Assembly (NCBI GenBank): GCA_046290225.1
Contig: JBKAGE010000001.1
Span: forward strand, 1 to 64,000
Direction: 5' to 3'
DNA from: Bradymonadia bacterium
Lineage (GTDB): Bacteria > Myxococcota_A > Bradymonadia > UBA7976 > UBA1532
Length of the DNA: 64,000 nucleotides
The stretch's first letter is position 1. Every line of letters begins with the position of its first letter. Below, in pieces: positions 22,159-32,382 of the stretch. The position numbers were made by a program, and so were the translations under genes. The notes under the pieces were generated by a model. That model did not search any database and was not told the origin of the DNA. It saw only the letters and a program-made list of their open reading frames with translations.

Positions 22159-24383
22159 TGTCGTCCCGAATCTTCACGCGAAGCGCGCTGTTGGCCGTCG
22201 CCGTGTTCACCGCAAGCTGTGGTGATCCCGACAACCCGGCGGACCCCTCGATCTACACCGCCCAGGAGAAACCCGCGCCGAGCGACCTCGAAGGCGAGGC
22301 CCCTGACGCAACGCCAGATCCAGGGCCCACGGGCGGGGAGCCCGGGCCCACGGTGTATGACCCGGAGACCAACACCCCGCCCACCTTGGCCATCATGGGC
22401 CCCGACATGAGCGGGCCTCTCTGGCAACAGGCCCCCCTCACCATCGAGGTGCAGGTGGGTGATGCCGAAACCCCCACCGAGGCCCTCGCGGTGACCGCCG
22501 CCCTCTCCATGGACGCCCAGGTGCCCTGGGCGATCTCTACGCCTGGGGCAGACGGCCGAGTCACCCTCACGTCAGATCAGCTGCCCCAAGGCAGCTACAC
22601 GGTGAGCCTCACGGTGACCGATCCTGTGGGCGACAGCGCCTCCGAGGCCGTGGACATCACCGTGCTCCCCTCCCCCGATCGCCCGGTGGTGGTGTTGGCT
22701 CCAGAGCAGCCCACAGGGGCGGACGACATCGAGGTGGTGATGGTCGAAGCCCCCACGGTGGAAGGCGCCGGTGACATGGAGATGGCCTTGCAGTATCGCT
22801 GGGCGGTCTCTGGCCGCGAGGTAGATGTCTATGGCCCGGTGCTGTCGTCGAGCTGGTTCCAGCGGGGCGATCAGGTGCGGGTATGGGTGGACGCCTTCTT
22901 GATGGAGATGGGATCTCAGACGGGGAGCACCGCCACGGCCTCGGTCTGGATCGGCGACGCCCCCCTGGCCACCCCCGAAGTGCAGCTGTTTCCCAGCGCT
23001 CCAACAGTGGCCGACACGGTGTCGTGCGAGGTCATCAATGCCCCTCTCGATCCTGATGGCGCTCTGGAAACCTACACCTATGCGTGGACCTTCGACGGCG
23101 AGCCATTGCCCGAGGCCACTGAGCCCACCCTGGCGCTGGCCTCGGTCGTAGGCGGTGTATGGCAACCCCGATACGATGTGCGCTCCGGCGGCACCCTCGC
23201 CTGCGTCGTCACTGTGGCTCAGGGGGCCATCACCCTCGACCCGGTGGTGGCCGAGGCTGCGCTGCAACCCTTCGACGCCTGTGCCACCCCAGCCTCAGGC
23301 TGCAGCCCTGTGGGTGCCACCTGCGCCAACACCGATCGGGCCGAGGCAGACTGCGCGTGTGCGCCGGGCTATGTGGGCGACGGCACCACCTGCGACGACG
23401 AGGACGAGTGCGTTACGGGCAACCACGACTGCGGCCCTGGCGCGACCTGCACCAACACCTTCGGCGGCTTCGAGTGCAGCTGCCCCGAAGGCTTCACTGG
23501 TGATCCGCAGGTGGCGTGCACCGACACTGATGAGTGCGCCGAGGGCAGCGCGAACTGTGCCGCTCTCGCCACCTGCACCAACACCCCCGGCGGCTTCGAG
23601 TGCACCTGCGTCGACGGCACCATCGGTGACGGCTTCACCTGTGACGACGTCGACGAGTGTACCTCCGGCGCTGCAGCCTGTGCCTTCATCGCCACCTGCA
23701 CCAACACCGCGCCGGGCTACACCTGCACCTGCCCCGACGGCTTTCAGGGCGACGGCACCACCTGCGACGACATCGACGAGTGCGCCGACGACGATCACAG
23801 CTGCCATGCCGACGCGATCTGCACCAACGCTCGTGGTGGCTACACCTGCGAGTGTGCCCCGGGCTACACGGGCGACGGCACCACCTGCGATGACATCGAC
23901 GAGTGCGCCCGAGGCCTGGACAACTGCGGCGACGGCTCGACCTGCGAAAACACCCCAGGCGGCTTCACATGTAGCTGCCCCGATGGCTTCACCGATGTCG
24001 GCGGCGACTGCGTCGATGTAGACGAATGCGCCACGGGTAGCCACGACTGTGGCGCCCACGCCCAATGCCAGAACATCCCTGGCGGCTTCCGTTGCTTATG
24101 TGAGCAGGGCTACGCCGATGCCGACGGCGCCTGCGTAGATGTGGACGAGTGCGCCACGGGGCAGTTCGTGTGTGATCCGAACGCGCGATGCCAGAACACC
24201 GATGGCAGCTACACTTGCGCCTGCAACGCGGGCTTCGAGGGCAACGGCAAAGTCTGCACTGACATCGACGAGTGTCAGCAAAACCCCGGGTGCAGCCCAT
24301 TTGGCTTCTGCAACAACACCCCTGGTGGTTTCGAGTGTGTCTGTGGCCCCGGCTTCCAGGGCGACGGCTACACCTGCGACTGA
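22158..24383 (+). CDS. Lipoprotein with Ig-like domains and 9 tandem EGF-like repeats (8 calcium-binding type)
   Basis: RBS aggagg, TGATG overlap with upstream gene, lipobox FTASC; repeats D-x-D-E-C...C-x-N-x4-[FY]-x-C-x-C. Confidence 0.92.
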   Translation: MSSRIFTRSALLAVAVFTASCGDPDNPADPSIYTAQEKPAPSDLEGEAPDATPDPGPTGGEPGPTVYDPETNTPPTLAIMGPDMSGPLWQQAPLTIEVQVGDAETPTEALAVTAALSMDAQVPWAISTPGADGRVTLTSDQLPQGSYTVSLTVTDPVGDSASEAVDITVLPSPDRPVVVLAPEQPTGADDIEVVMVEAPTVEGAGDMEMALQYRWAVSGREVDVYGPVLSSSWFQRGDQVRVWVDAFLMEMGSQTGSTATASVWIGDAPLATPEVQLFPSAPTVADTVSCEVINAPLDPDGALETYTYAWTFDGEPLPEATEPTLALASVVGGVWQPRYDVRSGGTLACVVTVAQGAITLDPVVAEAALQPFDACATPASGCSPVGATCANTDRAEADCACAPGYVGDGTTCDDEDECVTGNHDCGPGATCTNTFGGFECSCPEGFTGDPQVACTDTDECAEGSANCAALATCTNTPGGFECTCVDGTIGDGFTCDDVDECTSGAAACAFIATCTNTAPGYTCTCPDGFQGDGTTCDDIDECADDDHSCHADAICTNARGGYTCECAPGYTGDGTTCDDIDECARGLDNCGDGSTCENTPGGFTCSCPDGFTDVGGDCVDVDECATGSHDCGAHAQCQNIPGGFRCLCEQGYADADGACVDVDECATGQFVCDPNARCQNTDGSYTCACNAGFEGNGKVCTDIDECQQNPGCSPFGFCNNTPGGFECVCGPGFQGDGYTCD

Positions 24384-24522
24384 ATGCGCAGGCCACGGCC
24401 CCACGGCGAGAGATCCCCCACCTGAGCGAATCCTTTCACCGCCTTACATTTTCAGCTATTGCAGTACGCACGCAGAAAAATGTTCTGCCCCACTTCGTGT
24501 GGGGTCTTGGAGGGAGAGGCGA

Positions 24523-25536
24523 ATGTTCACCCATCTCAACCGGCTTGGTACGGCTTGCCTGAAAGCCAGCGCCGCGGTGATGCTCACAGGGCTCATGTTG
24601 AGCCCGGCCATGGCGCAGCAACAGGGGGCCACCACCTCGGAGCTGCCTCGAGAGCAGCTCGATCTCGATAGCCCCCACCAGTTCCGGTACCAGACCGTGA
24701 CGGTGTTCCGTCTCAACCCCCTCGGCCTCATCAACCAGTCCCAGCTCGGGTACCGCTACCGCCTCTTCAACCCCGAGGACAAGCGCCCCGACGCCCCTCT
24801 GGGCCAGCGGGTTTTGCAGAACACCTACGCCGGCATCTCGTTCGCTCCGAGCATGAGCCCGGCTTTTGCCCGCCCGGGGGTGCTCCTGGAGCTCCAGCCT
24901 CTGGCGCTGATGCGCTTCTCGGCGTTGTACGAGCAGCAGTTCCACTACGGCGGCTTCGACACGATCCAGTCTTTCGGCTCGCCCAACGCGGAGTTCAGCG
25001 ACAAAGATCAAGACGACGCTGGTGCTGCGGGTCTGAACTACAGCACCTCGGGCCGCTCGCTCACCCTGGCGGCACTCCTGCAGATGAAGGTGGGCAAGAT
25101 CGCCGCCCGCTCGAACTTCCGCGCGCAGTGGACCGACATGGACACTCGCCGGAACGATCCGGTCTACTACGACATCATGTTCGATGTGCTCCAGCCCGCT
25201 GAAGGCTGGATGTACACGACTGATTCAGACTTGCTGTACTACGCCTCGGACACCTTCATCGTGGGCCTGCGTCACACCTGGCTGACGGTGGACTACCCCG
25301 ATGACGCCTTCCTCCCGGACGAGAACCGCGATCTGTCAGAGAAGAACGTGCCGATGCACCGCCTCGGGCCGATCATGGTGTACCGCTTCAACAACGTGAA
25401 GGGCACGGCCTTCAACCAGCCCACGCTCTTCGTGATGGCGAACTGGTGGCTGCGTCACCGCTACCGCACGGGGCAAGAGGTCTCCCAGGCGTTCCCCTAC
25501 GTGCTCATCGGCTACGCCTTCAACGGCGATCTATAG
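24523..25536 (+). CDS. Hypothetical secreted protein, probable outer-membrane beta-barrel
   Basis: RBS ggagggag, signal peptide ending PAMA, alternating aromatic beta-strands, C-terminal YVLIGYAF. Confidence 0.7.
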   Translation: MFTHLNRLGTACLKASAAVMLTGLMLSPAMAQQQGATTSELPREQLDLDSPHQFRYQTVTVFRLNPLGLINQSQLGYRYRLFNPEDKRPDAPLGQRVLQNTYAGISFAPSMSPAFARPGVLLELQPLALMRFSALYEQQFHYGGFDTIQSFGSPNAEFSDKDQDDAGAAGLNYSTSGRSLTLAALLQMKVGKIAARSNFRAQWTDMDTRRNDPVYYDIMFDVLQPAEGWMYTTDSDLLYYASDTFIVGLRHTWLTVDYPDDAFLPDENRDLSEKNVPMHRLGPIMVYRFNNVKGTAFNQPTLFVMANWWLRHRYRTGQEVSQAFPYVLIGYAFNGDL

Positions 25537-25558
25537 CTCCGCCGCTACGGCGGCGGAG
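25537..25558. terminator. GC-rich hairpin filling the gap between convergent stop codons
   Basis: ctccgccgc-tacg-gcggcggag: perfect 9-bp stem with UNCG-type loop; no clear poly-T tail. Confidence 0.7.
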
Positions 25559-26383
25559 TTAGTTCAACCGGTTCTTGTGGGTGTTGTTGCCCACGCCCAC
25601 ATCTTGCGCACACACGATCTTCGCCTTGATGGTGTTGTGCTTGCGGTTGCTACTGCTCACGTAGTGATAGGGCACCTTCACCTCGGTGCTCGCGCCTGGG
25701 CGCAGGGCCGGCAGTGTGCGCTTCAGGGCGCGCTCCGGACCATTCTCAGCCAGCTTGAAGTCTACCCTGCAGCCCGCAGCCGATGTCTTCTTGCCCACAT
25801 TGGCCACCGTGAGGATGTACTCTCGATTTGGGCGGCCACCGCCCTTCTTCACCACCTTCGGGCGGCCTTCGAAAGTCAGATCTGTACGGCCGCGGAAGCT
25901 CACGAACTTCGTGTTGTTCCCCCAGCTCGGATCTTTGCTCTTGTCTCCACCCACCACCTCGAGGCGGCCCTTTTGACCGTCGCCAGGGATGTTCACCGAC
26001 GCCGAGTACATGAAGCCATCGCGGCCACCGGCAAAGCGGGCCTTCGTCGTCTTGAGCACCGTACGCTTCGACCCTTCGACCCAGGTGATCTTCACATCGC
26101 TGCTCACCTGCCCGCCGCCTTGCTTGCCCAGATAAATCTCCAGCGTGGCCTTACCCCGCTTCCAGCTCTTCACATCGACCCGGTTCACCCTCAAGTCCGG
26201 GCCGTTGCCCGTGCTGCCCTTCTTCTTCACCGTCACCTTGCCGCCGGTCTTCAAACCCTTCGGCTTGAAACGGGGCTGAGCACTCGAGACAGAGAGGCAC
26301 AGGCCGAGGGTCATGAGGCCTGTAACGAGGCCCATGGCGAGTGGGCCTCCTTTGCGGCGAAGAGAGAGTCGGGGGGTGAACAT
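25559..26383 (-). CDS. Secreted basic protein with two CARDB/Ig-like domains
   Basis: Signal peptide; GPDLRV...NNT and TDLTF...VANVG...L.PG...NNT CARDB-like patterns; very Lys/Arg-rich. Confidence 0.65.
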   Translation of the reverse strand: MFTPRLSLRRKGGPLAMGLVTGLMTLGLCLSVSSAQPRFKPKGLKTGGKVTVKKKGSTGNGPDLRVNRVDVKSWKRGKATLEIYLGKQGGGQVSSDVKITWVEGSKRTVLKTTKARFAGGRDGFMYSASVNIPGDGQKGRLEVVGGDKSKDPSWGNNTKFVSFRGRTDLTFEGRPKVVKKGGGRPNREYILTVANVGKKTSAAGCRVDFKLAENGPERALKRTLPALRPGASTEVKVPYHYVSSSNRKHNTIKAKIVCAQDVGVGNNTHKNRLN

Positions 26384-26500
26384 GGGTGCTTCCTCGTGAT
26401 GGTACCGGAGAGATTGCCATAAATTATGACTCAGCGCGGCGTAGCCGCCGACGGGTCGATGGTCAGGTGTATTCACCAACAGGACAGATTTGTCGAGGCC

Positions 26501-27874
26501 TCAGAGCGTGTTCACTTCGACCTGGATCACGCCGCGCTCGTTGGGATCGTCAGCGGTGGCATTCGAACATGCTCCTGGTGTCGCGTCGGGCTGATCGATC
26601 GGCACGCACCCGGCCGTCACCATCAGCCAGAATGGTCCGTTGGTCCCTTCGCCATAGCCCGTACCTGCGCTCCCTGCAGAGATCACCCTCAGAGGACCCG
26701 TACGAGCATCTCGGTAACCCTCCAACTGGCTCGTGATGAGGGCAGAGACCCCTTCGCGGCTCAAGAGAGAGACCAGGCGTGCCCCTTCGAGACGATTTTT
26801 GAAGCTGTATCCACGCAGGCCTGATGTGTCGAAGGGTGGAATGTGTGTCACCACCACCGTGATCCCACGGCGTGTGCCACCGAACCATTCGTCCATGAGG
26901 CTGTAGGCCCGGCTGCCCAACGTAGCATCTGCAGAATCGAGCACGATCAGCTCGAGCGGGCCGACGTCGATCCTGAAGGTGAGCAGCCCGAGGGCGTCGA
27001 GCAACGCACCCGTCTGCTCGGCGCTGATGTCCCGATCACCCACCGTGGCGTACCAGGGCAGCCCCGTGGTGTCGAAGTCGGCGATGGTGGCGATCTCCCC
27101 AGCGTCGCCGTCAGAGGTGAAATCGCCATTGATGATGAGGAAGTCGGGGAGGACCTCGGCCACGCCAATGTCGTCAATGAAGCGTTGCCTGAGGGCCTGA
27201 TCTCCCCTGTCGTTGGCCCACAGCGCAAACCGCACAGGTCCCGTCTCTTCGCTCCGACGGCTTGCGCGATGGCGTACAGCCAGTGCCGCTTCGCCGATGT
27301 CGTCATCTTCGGTGAAGGGGCCGGCGCACGCGCCGTTGCCACCTGGGGGCACTTGCTCCACCGTACCGAGGCCGGTTTGCACCTGAAGTGATGCCCGGCT
27401 CAGGGTCGTCGTCCAGATCAGGGTCTCGATGTTGTTGGCATCACACACCTGAGTCAGATCACTGAAGTCCCACTCCCCTTCGAGGGGGGTCCAGCTCGGG
27501 GCGTCGACATCGGCCTCGAAGCCCACGGCACGGCCTGGCAGGGTCTCGCTGAACACATCAGTGGCGAGAAACGCCCGTCGGGTGAGATCGACCTGGCCCG
27601 GACAGCCGAGATAATCCACCTCGAAGGTCACGCCCTGGTTGGTACAGCTCGTCGTCGAGACCGTCGCCTCCACCTCGAAGTCGGTGGCCCTGATCTTCAC
27701 CACGAAGGGGCTGTCACCATCGGTTTGAGTCACTGACTGAATCGCTCCCCCTGTCACCTCTACAGTGAGGCCCGTGGTGAGGGTGCGGGTGGCCTGGGTC
27801 TCGGCCCCTTCCTCCCGCTCCTGAGTGGGGTTGGTGCAGCCCGCGAGCACCAGCAGCGTGCACAGCCACCTCAT
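26501..27874 (-). CDS. Lipoprotein with degenerate calcineurin-like metallophosphoesterase domain
   Basis: Lipobox VLAGC; INGDFT, VGDRD, LIVLDSA, THIPP motifs; ATGA overlap with upstream gene. Confidence 0.75.
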   Translation of the reverse strand: MRWLCTLLVLAGCTNPTQEREEGAETQATRTLTTGLTVEVTGGAIQSVTQTDGDSPFVVKIRATDFEVEATVSTTSCTNQGVTFEVDYLGCPGQVDLTRRAFLATDVFSETLPGRAVGFEADVDAPSWTPLEGEWDFSDLTQVCDANNIETLIWTTTLSRASLQVQTGLGTVEQVPPGGNGACAGPFTEDDDIGEAALAVRHRASRRSEETGPVRFALWANDRGDQALRQRFIDDIGVAEVLPDFLIINGDFTSDGDAGEIATIADFDTTGLPWYATVGDRDISAEQTGALLDALGLLTFRIDVGPLELIVLDSADATLGSRAYSLMDEWFGGTRRGITVVVTHIPPFDTSGLRGYSFKNRLEGARLVSLLSREGVSALITSQLEGYRDARTGPLRVISAGSAGTGYGEGTNGPFWLMVTAGCVPIDQPDATPGACSNATADDPNERGVIQVEVNTL

Positions 27875-29112
27875 CTGAAGATCACCCCCAACCATGCCAC
27901 GTAGCCCTGGCCCATCGTCATCGCGAAGGACACATCGAGGCTGTCGTCGTATCGATGAACGAGGGCCCACTCGAGCACGCCGGTTTCGGGGGATACGGGC
28001 GCCACCACGGCGGTGGGGTCCTGAACATAGGTCAGCGCCGAGCGGGTCTTGCGGCCCACGAAGATCTCCAGCCCCGTGCTCAGGGAGAGGTAGGTGTCGG
28101 TGAAGTCCGCGGCGCTCAGGATCGAGGGCGCGCTGTCGAGGTTCGAGGTGAACTGATAGCCGAGGCTGCCGAGACCCATGCGGTGGGTGAGGTAGAGCCC
28201 CTTCAGGTTGCGGGTCATTCGACCGATGTCGAGACGCAGTTCGGCATAGCCTTCGTATCCGCGCACGGCATACCCGTAGATGCGGGTCTCTTCGCGACGC
28301 AACCGCACTCCGAGGGCAATGTGCTCACCGCCTGTGGCGGGCTGCCAGAGACGGCCGCCCACGTCGAGGAGGAACCTGCGGTTGTCCAGGGCCACCTCCA
28401 GATCCATCAGCGGACGCACGAAGAAGCGCCCGGCATTGAGCTCGTACCAGAGCACGATGTAGTGGGCGAAGGGGGTGAGCGGATCGCTGTTGTAGCGATA
28501 GCTCAGGCCCACGCGGTTTCGATCGGGCAGATCTTCGTCGAGCGTGAGCGGATCAGAGCCCTTGAAGGCGCCGACGATGTCGGCGAGCCACGAGACGCTG
28601 AACAACATGATGCCGGTGTGGAGCAACCACTGCCGTGGAGCGCCATACCCTGCGTTGTCTTCCACGGGCTGTTTCATGAACGCGCTCGCCAGGAGCGCGG
28701 CGACGCCCACCACCTCGGCGATGAGCAGCGCCAGGGCCGTCTCCCGCTCACCCATGTAGTAGTGGCCGACGCCGTGGATCAAGAAGCCCGGCACGCTGGC
28801 CAACAGACCGCCGAGCATCGACCCTGGGGGCTCGAACTCAGGTCGATCGATATAACCCTGCTCGATCGCCTCCTCGGGGGTCTTGGGCTTGGCGCGGCGG
28901 CCCACTCTGGGGCCTCCGAGGCCTCGAGCAGCACCGGGCTGGACCTCTTCAGCCTCAGGGGCCGGCGCCGCCTCTGGTGGAGGCACCTCCGCAGAGGCCG
29001 GCGCCGCCGCCTCGGCAGGGGGCGCCGGAGGCGGCTCGGCCCAGGTGACCTGTGGCGTCAGCGCCACAATCAAGGCGGCGACGAGGCACCAGCATCCAGC
29101 GAGGCCTCTCAT
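27871..29112 (-). CDS. Hypothetical exported protein, probable outer-membrane beta-barrel
   Basis: Signal peptide, Pro/Ala linker, PGFLIHGVGHYY hydrophobic segment, beta-strand-rich C-terminus ending WLGVIFR. Confidence 0.65.
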   Translation of the reverse strand: MRGLAGCWCLVAALIVALTPQVTWAEPPPAPPAEAAAPASAEVPPPEAAPAPEAEEVQPGAARGLGGPRVGRRAKPKTPEEAIEQGYIDRPEFEPPGSMLGGLLASVPGFLIHGVGHYYMGERETALALLIAEVVGVAALLASAFMKQPVEDNAGYGAPRQWLLHTGIMLFSVSWLADIVGAFKGSDPLTLDEDLPDRNRVGLSYRYNSDPLTPFAHYIVLWYELNAGRFFVRPLMDLEVALDNRRFLLDVGGRLWQPATGGEHIALGVRLRREETRIYGYAVRGYEGYAELRLDIGRMTRNLKGLYLTHRMGLGSLGYQFTSNLDSAPSILSAADFTDTYLSLSTGLEIFVGRKTRSALTYVQDPTAVVAPVSPETGVLEWALVHRYDDSLDVSFAMTMGQGYVAWLGVIFR

Positions 29113-31313
29113 GGACCGCCGTGCTCGGAAGACTGTAGATGAGCCAGCCGCCGCGCGAGGCCACTGGCTCGCCCAGGCGAGCCTCCCTGATGATTGATGG
29201 CCCTGGAGATCGCCCGCTGTTGCCCCACGAGCACCACCAGCCGCCGGGCTCGGGTGATGGCGGTGTAGAGCAGGTTACGACGGAGCATGACCCAGTGCTC
29301 CGTGAGCACCGGCACGATCACAGCAGGATATTCGCTGCCCTGACTCTTGTGGATCGAACATGCGTAGGCCAGGGTCAGAGCGTCGAGGCTGGAGAAGTCG
29401 TACTCGAGCACCCGATCGTCGAAGCGCACCAGCAGCCCGCCCTCGATGGGGGCCTCGACCTGGCCGATGTCGCCGTTGAACACCTCGCGCTCGTAATCAT
29501 TGCGCACCTGCATGACCTTGTCGCCCACCCGAAATGGGCGACTGCCTCGACCCACGATGCGGCCCTCGGCGTTCAGATGCGCCTGCAGGGCCTCGTTGAG
29601 CGCCTCTGCGCCACACCCTCCACGGTGCATGGGGGTGAGCACCTGCACATCGGCCACAGGATCAAGACCGAAAGCCTGAGGGATACGCTCGGAGACGAGC
29701 CTGCTGATGAGGCCGAGGGCTTCTTCAGGGCTTTGAGCCGGCACGGTGAAGAACTCACCGCCCGGGCCTGGCGGATCGCTCACCAGCTCAGCGCCCTGGA
29801 GCACACGGTGGGCGTTGGTGACGATGTGGCTGGCTTCTGCCTGACGGAACACCTGGGCGAGGCGCACCGAAGCCAGGCCCGCGGCGAGCAGATCGGCGAG
29901 GACCTGACCGGGCCCCACTGAGGGCAGCTGATCCGCATCACCCACCAGCACGAGCCGGCACCCGATGGGCACCGCCTTCACGAGGGCCTCGAACAGCTCG
30001 AGATCCACCATGGAGATCTCGTCTACGACGACCAGATCGGCCGCGATTGGGTGATCGAGCCCACGTTTGAAGGTGCGCTCTCGGGCGCTGTAGTTCAAAA
30101 GCCGGTGCAGCGTCGACGCCTCATGGCCCGTGGCCTCGGCGAGACGTCGCGAGGCGCGGCCCGTAGGTGCGGCGAGGCGCAGGCGAGCGCCGTTGAGCTC
30201 TGCCTGAGCCACCATGCCCTTGATCACCGTGGTCTTGCCGGTGCCCGGGCCACCTGTGATCACCAGCACTGGCGCATCAGCCATGGCCTGGAGCGCTTGC
30301 CGCTGCCCTGGAGAAAGAGTCACCCCAGCCTCTGCCTCATACCGGCTGTAGGCCACCGCCCAGGGCTGTACCGAGGTTGTGGCCAACGTGCCCAGACGAC
30401 GGGCCACCGCCTGCTCTGACGCCAGCAAGTGAGGCAAATAGATCGCCCCCTCGGGATCAGCGAGCGCTCTGCCCTGCTCTACGAGCGTTTCGAGGGCAGC
30501 GGCGGCTGCGCCAGGGCGCCCGAGCATCTGATCAGCCTGCCGGGTGAGCTGCTCTGCTGGCTGGTACACATGGCCTTCTTCAGCGGCGGCCTTGAGCAAA
30601 TGCACCACCGCAGCCTCGGCCCGCATGGGGGCGTCGACGGCGAAGCCCAGCGCTCGGGCGATGCGATCAGCAGTGGTGAAGCCCACACCGCTGATTTCTT
30701 CAGCGAGACGATAGGGCTGTCCGCGCACGATGCTGATGGCCTGCCCTCCATATCGACGCCAGATGCGGGCGGCGAGGGCCGGCGGGATCAAATGGCCCTG
30801 AAGGAAGATCAACACCTCGCGCTGCAGCTTCTTGTGGCGAAAGGCCTGCTGAATGCTGGTGCTGCGCACAGGCCCGATGCCGTCGACCTCCGCGAGGCGA
30901 TCAGGGTGATGCTCGATGACCTCGAGGGTGTCGACACCAAAAGCCGCCACGAGGCGCTCGGCCAGGCCGGGGCCGATGCCGGGCACGTGACCTGCTCCGA
31001 GGTAGTTCTGGATGCCCTCTACGGTGTAGGGCATCAGCGGGAAGCCATACTCGACCTTGAGTTGTGCGCCGTGTTTGGGGTGCTGGGCCCAGACACCGCT
31101 CAACCGCACCCGATCGCCCACCTCGAGGCCCTGCAACGCGCCCACCGCCGTGATCAGGTGCCCCTCGTCGGGTCTGATCCGCGCCACGGCATATGTCTGC
31201 TCGTCATTGGTGAAGACAAACCGGTCGAGGGTGCCTTCCACCACCACCTCCCCGTCAGGGAGTGGATCTCCCAGGGGGGCGTCGAGGCCCAGATCAGGCT
31301 GATCGGTGCTCAT
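29109..31313 (-). CDS. recD2: ATP-dependent RecD-like DNA helicase (RecD2)
   Basis: HhH repeats GIGP, Walker A GGPGTGKTT, VVDEISM, GDADQLPSVGPG, YACSIHKSQGSEY, LLYTAITRA. Confidence 0.95.
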   Translation of the reverse strand: MSTDQPDLGLDAPLGDPLPDGEVVVEGTLDRFVFTNDEQTYAVARIRPDEGHLITAVGALQGLEVGDRVRLSGVWAQHPKHGAQLKVEYGFPLMPYTVEGIQNYLGAGHVPGIGPGLAERLVAAFGVDTLEVIEHHPDRLAEVDGIGPVRSTSIQQAFRHKKLQREVLIFLQGHLIPPALAARIWRRYGGQAISIVRGQPYRLAEEISGVGFTTADRIARALGFAVDAPMRAEAAVVHLLKAAAEEGHVYQPAEQLTRQADQMLGRPGAAAAALETLVEQGRALADPEGAIYLPHLLASEQAVARRLGTLATTSVQPWAVAYSRYEAEAGVTLSPGQRQALQAMADAPVLVITGGPGTGKTTVIKGMVAQAELNGARLRLAAPTGRASRRLAEATGHEASTLHRLLNYSARERTFKRGLDHPIAADLVVVDEISMVDLELFEALVKAVPIGCRLVLVGDADQLPSVGPGQVLADLLAAGLASVRLAQVFRQAEASHIVTNAHRVLQGAELVSDPPGPGGEFFTVPAQSPEEALGLISRLVSERIPQAFGLDPVADVQVLTPMHRGGCGAEALNEALQAHLNAEGRIVGRGSRPFRVGDKVMQVRNDYEREVFNGDIGQVEAPIEGGLLVRFDDRVLEYDFSSLDALTLAYACSIHKSQGSEYPAVIVPVLTEHWVMLRRNLLYTAITRARRLVVLVGQQRAISRAINHQGGSPGRASGLARRLAHLQSSEHGGP

Positions 31314-31544
31314 GGTGTTGCTCCCAGGGGCGCAGCGGTGTGCATCGCCCTCGATCTCGGCCGCCATGGCGGATGGGCGGCCCCGCACGTCAATCGGCGT
31401 CGATCGTCGACTGGTGGTAGCACATCGCACGCAGGCGTCAAGGGCTTCGCCCGGAGGCCTGCAAGCTGACTCAGCCCTCAGCTGGCCCGCATCAGTGGCC
31501 GTTACTCAAAGGGATCACTGGGGCATTGTGAGGAGGGTTGAATC

Positions 31545-32285
31545 ATGAGTGCTGTCTTGCTGGTCGATGACGAGCCCCACATTCTGACGGGGCTGCGCAA
31601 TTTACTCAGAAACAAGCCCTATCACATCCTCACGGCCCACAGTGGCGAGGCCGCCCTCGCCATCCTCGAGCAGGAAGAGGTGGATGTGGTCATCACCGAT
31701 GAGCGCATGCCGGGGATGTCCGGCTCTGAGCTCTGCGCGCAGATGAGCACCCTCGATCACCCTGCGGTGCGCATCATTCTCACAGGCCAGGCCAGCCTCG
31801 AATCGGCGGTGCGGGCCCTCAACGAGGGGTGCGTGTATCGATTCCTGCACAAGCCCTGCAAGCCCGCGGCCCTCGAACGCACCCTCAACGAAGCGCTGCA
31901 GCTCAAGAGCATGTCCTCTGCCACGGTGCAGATGCTCGAAGCGGTCTACAGCTCCTACCAGCAGTCGATGCCCATGGGTTTCGCCCTGCGCTACAAGCCC
32001 AACCCCGGCGCATTCACCGGCGCTCGGGCCCCAGCCTTCGTCTCCCAGGCTCTGGCTCAGTCAGAGGCAGAAGCCCAAGAGGTCGAAGCGGCAGTGCCGG
32101 GCCTCGCCGACCTCTCCATGCGGGAGCGAGAGCTGGTGCAGATGCTCACCGAGGGCTACCGGCTCCCACAGATCGCCGAGCAGATGGGCATCAGCCACCA
32201 CACCGCCCGCAACCACCTGAAGTCGGTCTTCGCCAAGACCGGCATCCATTCTCAGGGAGAGCTCGTCGCCGCGCTCCGGCGTTGA
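31545..32285 (+). CDS. Response regulator (REC + LuxR-type HTH)
   Basis: LLVDDE, ITDERMPGMSG, KP; LSMREREL...IAEQMGISHHTARNHLKSVFAK. Confidence 0.92.
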   Translation: MSAVLLVDDEPHILTGLRNLLRNKPYHILTAHSGEAALAILEQEEVDVVITDERMPGMSGSELCAQMSTLDHPAVRIILTGQASLESAVRALNEGCVYRFLHKPCKPAALERTLNEALQLKSMSSATVQMLEAVYSSYQQSMPMGFALRYKPNPGAFTGARAPAFVSQALAQSEAEAQEVEAAVPGLADLSMRERELVQMLTEGYRLPQIAEQMGISHHTARNHLKSVFAKTGIHSQGELVAALRR

Positions 32286-32382
32286 GACACAGAATTATGG
32301 TTCCGATCTGCCGAACTTGATCTCAAGGGCAAGCAGCTGGGATACCGAACGCTCCTGAAGGGTCTGAGTTTTCGTCAGACCT

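Noticed and set aside
18800..24380. Recurrent gtggactgtggcgg / gacgagtgc DNA motifs as a CRISPR-like or DGR array
   Set aside because: They are codon-level echoes of protein repeats with synonymous variation; no cas or reverse transcriptase gene in the window.
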